IMG/VR virus record: IMGVR_UViG_3300036783_000017 | Location: 1-43,098 of that record | DNA from: a virus | Lineage: Duplodnaviria; Caudoviricetes | Strand: one strand, 5' to 3' | DNA: 43,098 nt | Part shown: piece after piece, positions 9,175 through 17,231 of the stretch | How the letters are laid out: every line of letters starts with the position of its first letter | How positions within the stretch are numbered: position 1 is the stretch's first letter | Position numbers and translations under genes: made by a program | The notes under the pieces: model-generated | Seen by the model: only the letters and a program-made list of their open reading frames with translations | Databases searched by the model: none | Told to the model about the DNA's origin: nothing

Positions 9175-10002
9175 ATGTCTCGACACCGACGCGCGTCCCG
9201 AACGAAGACGGTCGTTGCCGTCTCCGGGGCCGCTGCCACTTTTGGCGTGCTCATGACCGCCACCACACTTGCGGCGTCCCCTGCGCCGTCTGAGCGGGTG
9301 CCCCCTAGTGGAACCGTGAACGTCCCCGCCGTGCCGGAAGCTGACCGGCTACCCGGGAAAGCCCCTCAGCGGCCCGCTAGCGGCCCCGCGCAGGAACCCG
9401 GGCCCAACGAGACGCCGAAGCCGTCCGAGACCACCACACGGGCACCCCAGCCCCGCCGGACCCCGCACGCGCCGACCACCCCGAAGCCGAAGACCACCCC
9501 GAAGCCGAAGCCGAAGCCGTCCGAGACGAAGCCGCCAAAGTCCTTGATCCGTAAGGGCATTGAGCGTCTGGTACCCGACGCCAAGCGCCTGCCGGATTGG
9601 GCATGGCCCATCGTCCACCGGGTGGAAGAGCGCAAGGCGGACGGCACGACCGTTCAGGCGTACATGAACGACGCGGGCAAGCTCGTTGTACGCGCCCGGG
9701 TCAAGGCGGACGACGACAAGCCCCGTGGGCTCTTCGGGCTCTTCACTGCCTACGTGCCGGACGCGAAGCGGGACCAGGGGGCCGACGTTGTAGACGTGCG
9801 CCTTGAGGTTGAGGACCCGACCACGGCGACACCGCAGAAACCGGCCGAAGTTGAGGTAACCGCCACCAACCCCAAGACGGATGAAACGGTCACCACGTCA
9901 GCGAAGGTGAAGCGTCCAGAAGAGGCGGACGAGGTGGCGCGCGATGCCGTCAAGGATGCCGTGGACGAGGCGACCGACGAGCACAAGGAAAAGGCCGCGT
10001 AG
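9175..10002 (+). CDS. Secreted or membrane-anchored Pro/Lys/Thr-rich protein (cassette gene 2)
   Basis: GGAGG RBS; basic N-terminus and hydrophobic segment, PKPKP linker, globular C-terminus. Confidence 0.75.
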   Translation: MSRHRRASRTKTVVAVSGAAATFGVLMTATTLAASPAPSERVPPSGTVNVPAVPEADRLPGKAPQRPASGPAQEPGPNETPKPSETTTRAPQPRRTPHAPTTPKPKTTPKPKPKPSETKPPKSLIRKGIERLVPDAKRLPDWAWPIVHRVEERKADGTTVQAYMNDAGKLVVRARVKADDDKPRGLFGLFTAYVPDAKRDQGADVVDVRLEVEDPTTATPQKPAEVEVTATNPKTDETVTTSAKVKRPEEADEVARDAVKDAVDEATDEHKEKAA

Positions 10003-10011
10003 CCTGCCCGT

Positions 10012-10272
10012 GTGCGGATCACTTGGGCGATTGAGGGGCACGGCGTAGGCAGTGCCAACGCGGACGACGTAGACGGGGCTGCAAGGGCTCTTGCGGACGC
10101 TGTACGGACGGCATACGAGAAACACGGCACATCCGTCCAAGTGCACGTACTGACAACCTTTGTGGCCCCCCTACGTTTCCAGCTCGTGACAGACGGCCGG
10201 TCGGCGGTAGAACGCGGTGACGAATGGTCAGCATCCCTTGGGGGACTTTTGGTCACTCTCTATCCCGAGTAA
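10012..10272 (+). CDS. Hypothetical protein (cassette gene 3)
   Basis: 86-aa ORF closely spaced after the previous gene. Confidence 0.6.
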   Translation: MRITWAIEGHGVGSANADDVDGAARALADAVRTAYEKHGTSVQVHVLTTFVAPLRFQLVTDGRSAVERGDEWSASLGGLLVTLYPE

Positions 10273-10297
10273 AGATCGTCGGGCTACGGTGTGTGCT

Positions 10298-10981
10298 ATG
10301 AGCGCGCCGAGTCGAACACCTACGCGGGACATCCCCCCGATTGAGGGGAAGATCAAAGAAGAACGATGGGGGAGTGTTGGTTTCCGACTGGACGACGACA
10401 CGTCCCCCGGACAGTGCCGAGACGCTGCCCGCTACATGATGAGCCGGTTTCAACTCACGTGGATGCCGGACCTTGTGGACGATGTGTCAGTGATGGTGTC
10501 TGAGCTAGTCACGAACGCGTGTCGGCACGCCGGGGATGCATTCCCCGCCGGGGCGCTAACCATGTGGCACCCGAACAAGTGGCTTGTGATCACCGTGCAC
10601 GACAAGAGCCCCTATATCCCGTACCGGCAGACCTACCGTGGGGCCGTACCAACCTCATCGTTTGCGTGGGGGGTCAGCGACGCTGACACCATGCTCGGGC
10701 GGGGGGTGCAATCTGACCCCCTGGACGGATGGGACACCGAAACCGGCCGTGGTCTACAGCTCGTGCGCGCTCTCGCCGCTGAGCACTGCGGCGAATTCGA
10801 TTGGGCCCGGGACCAAGACCCGGCCACCCCCGGCAAGGTGGCCCGGGTCCGCATGTTGCTGCCCAACGTCCAGTGGCCCCACACGTACCGAGACCCGTTC
10901 TCAGGCCGGATCGTCAACGGGAAGCGACGCGACCGGCTACAGGACATGTCCCCGTGGGAGCAGTCGGTACGGCAGCCGTAG
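10298..10981 (+). CDS. HATPase_c (RsbW/anti-sigma-like) ATP-binding protein (cassette gene 4)
   Basis: N-box SELVTNACRH, ITVHD, G-box GRGLQLV; TACGGT lies 7 nt before the ATG, suggesting a leaderless transcript. Confidence 0.85.
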   Translation: MSAPSRTPTRDIPPIEGKIKEERWGSVGFRLDDDTSPGQCRDAARYMMSRFQLTWMPDLVDDVSVMVSELVTNACRHAGDAFPAGALTMWHPNKWLVITVHDKSPYIPYRQTYRGAVPTSSFAWGVSDADTMLGRGVQSDPLDGWDTETGRGLQLVRALAAEHCGEFDWARDQDPATPGKVARVRMLLPNVQWPHTYRDPFSGRIVNGKRRDRLQDMSPWEQSVRQP

Positions 10982-11030
10982 GCGGGGGGTACGTACCCTG
11001 GAAGCCCACGACTAGGAAGCGGCCCGTGAC

Positions 11031-11145
11031 ATGCGCGTTTACGTCCCTCTGACCCTCTCCGGACTCGCTGAGGCGTACAGGACCGGGGAGCTAGGTCCCG
11101 CCCCGTTCAGCGCCTACGCGGTCACTGAGGGACTGCGAGTGTGGT
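11031..11145 (+). pseudogene. 5' fragment of a conserved Streptomyces host gene (recalled as DUF6912-like) forming the left arm of attP
   Basis: MRVYVPLTLSGLAEAYRTGELGPAPFSAYAVTEGLRVW matches from memory the N-terminus of a chromosomal Streptomyces protein (MRVYVPLTL.GLAEAH..GEL...AYAVTPALREW); similarity ends just before int. Confidence 0.7.
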
Positions 11146-11168
11146 TGACATACTCCGAAGAGTGTGAC
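11121..11168. other. Probable attP
   Basis: Directly upstream of the serine integrase; ~48-bp imperfect inverted repeat GTCAC...GAGTGTG/CATACTC...GTGAC centred where host-like coding stops. Confidence 0.6.
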
Positions 11169-11181
11169 ACTTGTACTCACC

Positions 11182-13092
11182 ATGAGTTCACAGCACGACG
11201 GCGAGATACCCGCCACCTTCAAGCCTGCCCACGTCACCACGCCTGAACTGCCCACACTCCCCCCAGGTTGGGAGACGGCACACCGGTTCATCTACCCGCC
11301 CGCGAGTGGCCCCGCAGCGAACTGGCCCCGGGCGGTCATCTACGCCCGTCAGTCCAAGCTCAACGAAGACGGGTCGAACGCCTCACCGCAGATGCAGAAG
11401 ACCGCCGGTGAGGGTCTGTGCCAAGCAAGGCAATACAACCCCGTCGCGTGCTTCACGGACGCCGGTAAATCCGGATGGGATCCAAAAGTCAAGCGTGAAG
11501 GCTTTGACGAACTCATGGAATGGGTTCGGGCGAAGAAATGCGATGTGGTCGTAATCTTCGCGCTCTCCCGCCTTACCCGCCAAGGTGCCATTGACGCTCT
11601 CGAAATTGAAGCGGAAATGCGCAAGCACGGTGTGACGCTCGTAAGCGTTCAGGAACCGTACCTTGACACTTCCGACGCTATCGGAATCGGCATCTTCGCC
11701 ATTATCGCCGGTCTCGCAAAGCAGGAATCCGACAACAAGTCGGCATTCATCGTCAACGCGCGAGAACTCGCCCGGCAAGCCGGGGGTCACCTTGCAGGGT
11801 CGCCCCCCTTCGGAATGCGCAGCGTCAAGGCCAAGACCCCGGAAGGTGTTTCGTGGGTCAAGCTCGTTCCGGAAGACGAGTTGTGGTTCCGCGAATGGAC
11901 CGAATCTGACGCCGTACGGCGCATGGTCGATATGGCCATGGGAAACCCGGAAAAGGACGTTCCCGGGAAGTCCCCCGGCAAAATTGCCGAATGGCTCAAC
12001 GCTGAGGGAATCCCGACCCCCGCACAACGCAAGGTGAACGAGGGGCGCAAATTCCGGGGACACCGGCCGAAGGTCAAGCCGTCCCCGCCGCACTGGTCAG
12101 CGTCACAAGTCCACCGGGTATTGCGAGACCCGCGCATTGCCGGAATGGCAGCGGACAAGGTGGGGGTGTACCACTACGAGATTCGCATGGGCGACGACGG
12201 AACCCCCTTGCACGTACACGAAGGAATCATCACCCCCGCGAAGTGGTACCGACTCCAGAACGCACTAGGGGCCGCAGGGAAGAAGGGAAAGCAAGTGGAG
12301 AACACCACGCGAACACTGCTCACCGGGTGGGAGTTCGCCCGTTGCGAGTGCGGCACGTTCCACACCTACGCCGGGCAGCCGACCCAAAGCCGAAGCCCCT
12401 ACTACCGGTGCAGCCGTACGGCGGACTCCCGTAGGGCACTCGGCAACGGACACACCGCGAACGCCATTCAGCAAGCCCCGCTTGATGAGTACGTGGCCCG
12501 CCGTGTCTTCGCGCGAATGCTCGCCCTGGACCCGACAGACCCCGATGACCTCACCCTTGCCCGCGAAGCCGCCCGCCGGTTCGCCGCTCAGCAAGACACC
12601 AGTGAGACCGCCCGCAAGCTGGACGAGTTCAAGGCCCAGTTGGCGCACACGGAATCGAGCCTCAAGGACCTTTACGAAGAGCGGTCGCTCTACAAGGGGG
12701 CCGAAGGAAAGAAGGCATGGCGGAACGCCGTCTCAACCATGCTCGCCACTCAGGCCCGGTGCCACGAAGAGATTGAGGCCCTTGAGGAAGAGCAGACAGA
12801 ACGAATCGTCATGCCCATTGACCAGTGGTACGACGCCAACTCAGACGACCCGATCGGGCCCCGCTCCCCGTGGGCTCAGTGGGGACTCATCAAGCGCCGT
12901 GAGTTCCTGTCCATGTGGCTGGACGGCATCACCATTCACCAACCGGCCGTCCCGCAGACCGGCCCAAAGGCAGCACCCATAGAGCCCCGGGTCACGTTCC
13001 AGTGGGCACAGCCGACGAAGACGGACGACGAAGACGACGAGGACGAGCCCTTGACCCTTGAGGGGCTGCAAGAGGTCTCAGAGACCGTCTGA
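11182..13092 (+). CDS. int: Large serine integrase
   Basis: Catalytic YARQS, FTDAGKSG, SRLTR, recombinase domain, Zn ribbon (CECG...YYRC) and coiled coil; alternative start 11164. Confidence 0.96.
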   Translation: MSSQHDGEIPATFKPAHVTTPELPTLPPGWETAHRFIYPPASGPAANWPRAVIYARQSKLNEDGSNASPQMQKTAGEGLCQARQYNPVACFTDAGKSGWDPKVKREGFDELMEWVRAKKCDVVVIFALSRLTRQGAIDALEIEAEMRKHGVTLVSVQEPYLDTSDAIGIGIFAIIAGLAKQESDNKSAFIVNARELARQAGGHLAGSPPFGMRSVKAKTPEGVSWVKLVPEDELWFREWTESDAVRRMVDMAMGNPEKDVPGKSPGKIAEWLNAEGIPTPAQRKVNEGRKFRGHRPKVKPSPPHWSASQVHRVLRDPRIAGMAADKVGVYHYEIRMGDDGTPLHVHEGIITPAKWYRLQNALGAAGKKGKQVENTTRTLLTGWEFARCECGTFHTYAGQPTQSRSPYYRCSRTADSRRALGNGHTANAIQQAPLDEYVARRVFARMLALDPTDPDDLTLAREAARRFAAQQDTSETARKLDEFKAQLAHTESSLKDLYEERSLYKGAEGKKAWRNAVSTMLATQARCHEEIEALEEEQTERIVMPIDQWYDANSDDPIGPRSPWAQWGLIKRREFLSMWLDGITIHQPAVPQTGPKAAPIEPRVTFQWAQPTKTDDEDDEDEPLTLEGLQEVSETV

Positions 13093-13158
13093 CGGCCCGT
13101 GTAGCGCCTAGAGGGGCCCCGGTGAGGCAACGAGCCCGCCGGGGCTCTCTCAGGCCCT

Positions 13159-13192
13159 TAGAGACGCGCTGAGGGGCGCGTCTCTCTTTTTT
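13159..13192 (+). terminator. Intrinsic terminator after int
   Basis: AGAGACGCGC...GCGCGTCTCT followed by CTTTTTT. Confidence 0.8.
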
Positions 13193-13316
13193 GCCCTAAT
13201 GGTTGCCTAGGGCTACTACTTCAGTAGTTCCGGGGCAGCGGTTTTCAGCGGGGGAGGGGAGCGCAAGCGATTCCACTAACAGAAAGTGACCACTGACTAC
13301 ATACAGTCATCTAATA

Positions 13317-13422
13317 GTGACGTAGTGACGAAATGACGAGTACCTGTGTTCCACCCATACATTCCAAAACAAGCTTTATGGCAGGGATGCCAAACCCCAC
13401 GTCACCACGTCACTTCGTCACC
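13317..13422. repeat. Iteron element copy 1 (putative origin/crr-like site)
   Basis: Three (G)TGACG units, TGTGTTCCACCCATACA, an AT-richer spacer, three inverted CGTCAC units; repeated at 38079-38186. Confidence 0.75.
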
Positions 13423-13432
13423 ACGCCCGGCG

Positions 13433-13482
13433 GGAATCCCTCCCCCTCTAGCGCATTGATATTGGAATCCCTTCCCCTCTAG
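13433..13482 (+). promoter_or_regulatory. Tandem phage-specific promoter-like motifs (13433-13451, 13464-13482), probable late promoter(s)
   Basis: GGAATCCCTCCCCCTCTAG and GGAATCCCTTCCCCTCTAG upstream of the tRNAs and late operon. Confidence 0.7.
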
Positions 13483-13577
13483 TACATATAGGAAGGGAGT
13501 TCCGCGCACCCCTCAAAACAAGGCGGACCGCGAACCCTTCCTACGGCACCGGCTCACTCTCTCCGGTCGGTGCCCTT

Positions 13578-13650
13578 GCTCTCTTAGCTCAACGGTTAGA
13601 GCTTCGGCCTGTCGAGCCGACGGTTACCGGTTCGAATCCGGTAGAGAGCG
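13578..13650 (+). tRNA. tRNA-Asp(GTC)
   Basis: Acceptor GCTCTCT/AGAGAGC with G73, anticodon arm TCGGC-CTGTCGA-GCCGA, GGTTCGAATCC T-arm. Confidence 0.9.
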
Positions 13651-13704
13651 CTAGGCGGGGTTGATGATTGCGGCTTCATGGACCGCATAGGCCCCGTCTT
13701 CAAT

Positions 13705-13784
13705 CCTTCCGTAGCTCAGCGGTAGAGCGGCCCGGGGAATGCCGGGTGACGGTTTGTGCGTCGGTTCGAATCCGACCGGAAGGA
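13705..13784 (+). tRNA. Atypical or pseudo-tRNA with undetermined anticodon
   Basis: Perfect acceptor CCTTCCG/CGGAAGG and intact D and T arms, but the anticodon loop is GGAATG (6 nt, no U33) and the variable region is ~12 nt. Confidence 0.7.
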
Positions 13785-13938
13785 CGCTGGGAAGACACGC
13801 ATGGTCAGTGGACCGGCCCTTTGGGGCGTAAGTGGCAGTCGGGGCGTGTCCCGGATCGGTGTGGTTAGCCGGTCCCCTTCATCTAGGGCTCTTCGTGATC
13901 CCTTGGCCCGGTGGGTAGCTCCCACGGAACGGCCTAAA

Positions 13939-14009
13939 GCGTCTGTAGTTCAGCGGCCTAGAACAGCCCCTTGCCGGGGCTAACGTCGGTTCGAATCCGG
14001 CCGGACGCA
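13939..14009 (+). tRNA. Atypical tRNA (Gly-like GCC in a 5-nt loop, or TGC in a shifted register)
   Basis: Acceptor GCGTCTG/CGGACGC; arm GCCCC-TTGCC-GGGGC; intact T arm; no G3:U70. Confidence 0.7.
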
Positions 14010-14014
14010 AGCTA

Positions 14015-14087
14015 ACCCACTTAGCCCAGCGGAAGAGGCGACGCGTTTAGGGCGCGTATAGCGGGGGTTCGAATCCCTCAGTGGGTA
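14015..14087 (+). tRNA. tRNA-Leu(TAG) lacking the long variable arm
   Basis: Acceptor ACCCACT/AGTGGGT with A73; ACGCG-TTTAGGG-CGCGT; 5-nt variable loop; 73 nt. Confidence 0.82.
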
Positions 14088-14096
14088 CTCAAGGCA

Positions 14097-14113
14097 CCTA
14101 CTCAAGTAGTAGG
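14097..14113 (+). promoter_or_regulatory. Operator
   Basis: Perfect 17-mer. Confidence 0.85.
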
Positions 14114-14140
14114 TGGTCATTCGTCGTTAGGGGGTCGGTC

Positions 14141-14497
14141 GTGCGTCACTGTGTCGAGTGTTCTGAACCGGCTACCCACAAGGGGCGTTGCAGGCCGCAC
14201 CACACTGCCTATGAAGGCAAGTCGTCTGTGCGGGCTCGTCGGAAGCGTCGGGCGGTCATCGCTGAGGGGAACAACGCTGCGGCCAACCTTCGTAAGGAGG
14301 TTCGGGCCCATCTGCGTAAGCATGGCTTCGTTCTGTGCGCTTCCTGCCCGGGTCACTTCCTGCCGTCCGGCGTGGACATTGACCACATCACACCCCTAGC
14401 TAAGGGGGGTCAGGATGTGGCATCCAACGTTCAGGTCTTGTGCAAGGCGTGCCACAAGGTGAAGACGGCCCTTGACTTTGGCTATCTCCCGTTCTGA
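14141..14497 (+). CDS. HNH endonuclease
   Basis: CASC...DIDHITPLAKGG....NVQVLCKACH. Confidence 0.9.
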   Translation: MRHCVECSEPATHKGRCRPHHTAYEGKSSVRARRKRRAVIAEGNNAAANLRKEVRAHLRKHGFVLCASCPGHFLPSGVDIDHITPLAKGGQDVASNVQVLCKACHKVKTALDFGYLPF

Positions 14498-14567
14498 CGT
14501 GGGCCACTTCCGAACACCCCCCATGATCACCGTTGGTGGGGCTTGAGGGGGTATCTAGGGGGCCGGT

Positions 14568-14921
14568 ATGGGGGCATGGGCAGGCAGTACCCGTAAGGAC
14601 CGTCTACCCGCTGACTGGCGTACGCGTAGGGCTCATGTGTTGCAGCGTGATAGGTGGCTGTGCCAATGGGTCCGTGTGGACACAGGGCGTATGTGTGCGC
14701 TGCCTGCCACGGACGTTGACCACATTGAGCCTGGTGATAACCACGATGCTTCGAACCTTCAAGCGTTGTGCCGATTCCATCACGCTCGCAAGTCAGCTCG
14801 TGAAGGCGCAAGCGCAAGCAATGAAGCTCGTCCGAAGCGTGAACGTCAAGTGAGTTCGCTTGGTTCGATGCGTCAAGCGATGCTTGATCATCAATCTCGT
14901 CTTGACAATGAATCATCGTGA
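14568..14921 (+). CDS. HNH endonuclease (terminase-associated type)
   Basis: RLPADW...VLQRD..CQ...ATDVDHIEPGD...NLQALC..HH..K; directly upstream of terS. Confidence 0.9.
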   Translation: MGAWAGSTRKDRLPADWRTRRAHVLQRDRWLCQWVRVDTGRMCALPATDVDHIEPGDNHDASNLQALCRFHHARKSAREGASASNEARPKRERQVSSLGSMRQAMLDHQSRLDNESS

Positions 14922-15094
14922 CAGAACGCAACGAAGTTCGCTGAGTTCGTCACGCAAGGTGGGGGAGGACCCCACCCCCATTGCGACCCGAGCCGGGGGC
15001 CAATAGCAGCCTTGCCGATGTACGGGTCTGAGACTTTTGCCCTAGGGGCTCAAGATCCGCGCGCACACGCGTGCACACAAGGAGGTGACGCGCC

Positions 15095-15565
15095 GTGGCC
15101 GGGTTCGGTCCCCCTCCAAAGGAGAATGCGCGTCGCCGGAATGCCGACACGTTCGGCACTGACCCCGGGGCCATGGCGCTGGATGCTGCCCCCGTGCCCC
15201 AACTGCCTACGCCGAAGCGTTGGTTGAAGGGGACGCGTGATTGGTGGCAGACGTGGGGGGATAGCTCGCAGTCAGCGCACTTCACTGCCACGGATTGGCA
15301 GCGCCTACTAGCGTTGCTGCCCCTCGTGGACAGTTACCACCGGCTTACTGTTTCCGCGAATGCGGAAGACACGCGCAAGATGCGCGCTGCGCTGGAAATC
15401 CTCAAAGAGGTTCGACAGAACGAGTCCCTTCTAGGGGCTACGCATGTGGACCGGCTACGCGGCCGGATGACTTCCACGGGCCCGGGTAAGGCCGCTGACG
15501 GCCCTACCGCGCCGGTTCTCGACCTGAGCGCCTATAAGGAGATGTTCACCGCCGAAGGGGGCTGA
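15095..15565 (+). CDS. terS: Terminase small subunit
   Basis: GPPPK..ARRRN start, WWQTW, FTATDWQRL, LGAT..DRLR; AGGAGG RBS; precedes terL. Confidence 0.88.
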   Translation: MAGFGPPPKENARRRNADTFGTDPGAMALDAAPVPQLPTPKRWLKGTRDWWQTWGDSSQSAHFTATDWQRLLALLPLVDSYHRLTVSANAEDTRKMRAALEILKEVRQNESLLGATHVDRLRGRMTSTGPGKAADGPTAPVLDLSAYKEMFTAEGG

Positions 15566-15567
15566 TT

Positions 15568-17187
15568 GTGCAGACTGGCAATCTCCCCGATGGGTGGCCC
15601 GAACGAACTCTTGGTTGGCACATCCTTGCGTGGACCACGCGCTATATCCGGCAGCCGGACGGACCCCGCGCGGGTGAGCCTTTCGTGTTCACTCGTGAGC
15701 AAGTCCGCTTTCTGTTGTGGTTCTATGCGCTGGACGAGAACAACAAGTTTCGGTACCGCATGGGAGTTCTGCGGCGCTCCAAGGGGTGGGGGAAGTCCCC
15801 CTTGCTCGGTGCTTTCGCGCTGATTGAGTTCGTGGGTCCGTGTGTGGTGGACGATGACGGCCCCGGTGTGCGAGACCCGTTCGGCCGGTGGCATCCGTCC
15901 GGCAAGCGCCGTAATGCGCCGTGGGTTCAAATGGCTGCCGTCTCGTATCAACAGGTCATGAACACCATGGACCCGGTACGAGGCATGTTGGCTGAGGGTC
16001 CGGCGGTCGCTGACTATGCGCTTGACCCCGGCAAGACCTTGATTCAGTTTCAACACGGAATCGGGAAGATCGAGCCGGTTACGGCTTCGTCGGCTTCGCT
16101 TGAAGGGGCCCGACCCAACTTCGTTGTTGGTGACGAAATCCACCATTGGCTGTATTCGCAGGGTGGCCAAAAGATGATTCAGGTCATCAAGCGAAATCTT
16201 GCGAAGGTCAACGGCCGTGCGGTGCTGACGACGAACGCGCATGATCCATCGGAAGAGACCGTTGGACGCGCTGAGTACGAAGCCCACCTTGCCCGCAAGG
16301 CGGACGGTGGTCTAGATGACGTCCTGTACGACTGTGTAGAGGCTCCGGCGGACACGTGGGCACCGGAAGACCCGGAAGCCGTCACGGCCGGTCTACGGGC
16401 CGCGTACGGCGATTCCACATGGGTTGACCTTGAGCGCCTGCTAGCTGAGATTTACGACCCCACGGCGGACGCTCAGGAAAAGCGCCGGTTCTACATGAAT
16501 CAGGTTGTTGCGTCGTCTGACGCGTGGCTTGAGCCGCTGGACGTGGATGCGGCAGCCGTACCCGGTGAGGTACCGGCAGACGGCGAGATGATCACGCTTG
16601 GGTTCGACGGTTCGCGCGGACACGACGCAACGGCGCTCATGGCTTGTGATCTCTCGTCCGGCCACTCTTGGCCGTTGGGCATTTGGCAAAAGCCGGATGG
16701 GCCCGAAGGTCTCGGGTGGGAGGTTGACCGCGAAGCCGTTGATACTGCCGTCCGGTCCGCTTTCGAGCGGTGGGACGTGGTGGCGTTCTTCGCTGACCTT
16801 GCGTTCTTTGAAGGCTACGTTGACCGGTGGGCTGAGGACTTCCGGGAAACGCTATTCGTCAAGGCTGCCCCCGGGCATTCGGTTGCATTCGACATGCGCC
16901 GACGAACTAAGGACTTCACCGCTGCCGCTGAATCGACGGTTGCAGCGTTTGAAGACAGGTCCATAACCGTTGCCGCAGATTCGCGGCTACTTACCCACCT
17001 AAAGAACGCCCGGCGCCGCCCGAACGCATTCGGTGTGTCATTCGGTAAGGAATCACGCGAGTCTGACCGCAAGGTTGACGCTGCCGCCGCACTCGTGTTG
17101 GCGCGTGAGGCCAGACGTAAGGCGATTGAGGCCGGGGTCTTTGAACGGCGCGTGAAGCCGGGAGACGGCACCGTGTTTGGGTTCTAA
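15568..17187 (+). CDS. terL: Terminase large subunit
   Basis: Walker A RSKGWGKS, Walker B VVGDEIH, nuclease LGFDGS...D and KVDAA. Confidence 0.95.
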   Translation: MQTGNLPDGWPERTLGWHILAWTTRYIRQPDGPRAGEPFVFTREQVRFLLWFYALDENNKFRYRMGVLRRSKGWGKSPLLGAFALIEFVGPCVVDDDGPGVRDPFGRWHPSGKRRNAPWVQMAAVSYQQVMNTMDPVRGMLAEGPAVADYALDPGKTLIQFQHGIGKIEPVTASSASLEGARPNFVVGDEIHHWLYSQGGQKMIQVIKRNLAKVNGRAVLTTNAHDPSEETVGRAEYEAHLARKADGGLDDVLYDCVEAPADTWAPEDPEAVTAGLRAAYGDSTWVDLERLLAEIYDPTADAQEKRRFYMNQVVASSDAWLEPLDVDAAAVPGEVPADGEMITLGFDGSRGHDATALMACDLSSGHSWPLGIWQKPDGPEGLGWEVDREAVDTAVRSAFERWDVVAFFADLAFFEGYVDRWAEDFRETLFVKAAPGHSVAFDMRRRTKDFTAAAESTVAAFEDRSITVAADSRLLTHLKNARRRPNAFGVSFGKESRESDRKVDAAAALVLAREARRKAIEAGVFERRVKPGDGTVFGF

Positions 17188-17190
17188 CCA

Positions 17191-17207
17191 CCTACTCAAG
17201 TAGTAGG
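17191..17207 (+). promoter_or_regulatory. Operator
   Basis: Perfect 17-mer between terL and portal. Confidence 0.85.
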
Positions 17208-17231
17208 TGCCGGGCGAAAGGAGACGATGAC

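Noticed and set aside
11146-11246. C-terminal part of the 71-aa ORF at 11031 as a real protein
   Set aside because: It is read-through across attP overlapping the int start; host-like sequence stops at about W38
13191-13240. Palindromic segment downstream of int as attP
   Set aside because: Better explained as a degenerate operator (CTACTACTTCAGTAG) and hairpin; the upstream site with the host-gene fragment is the stronger candidate
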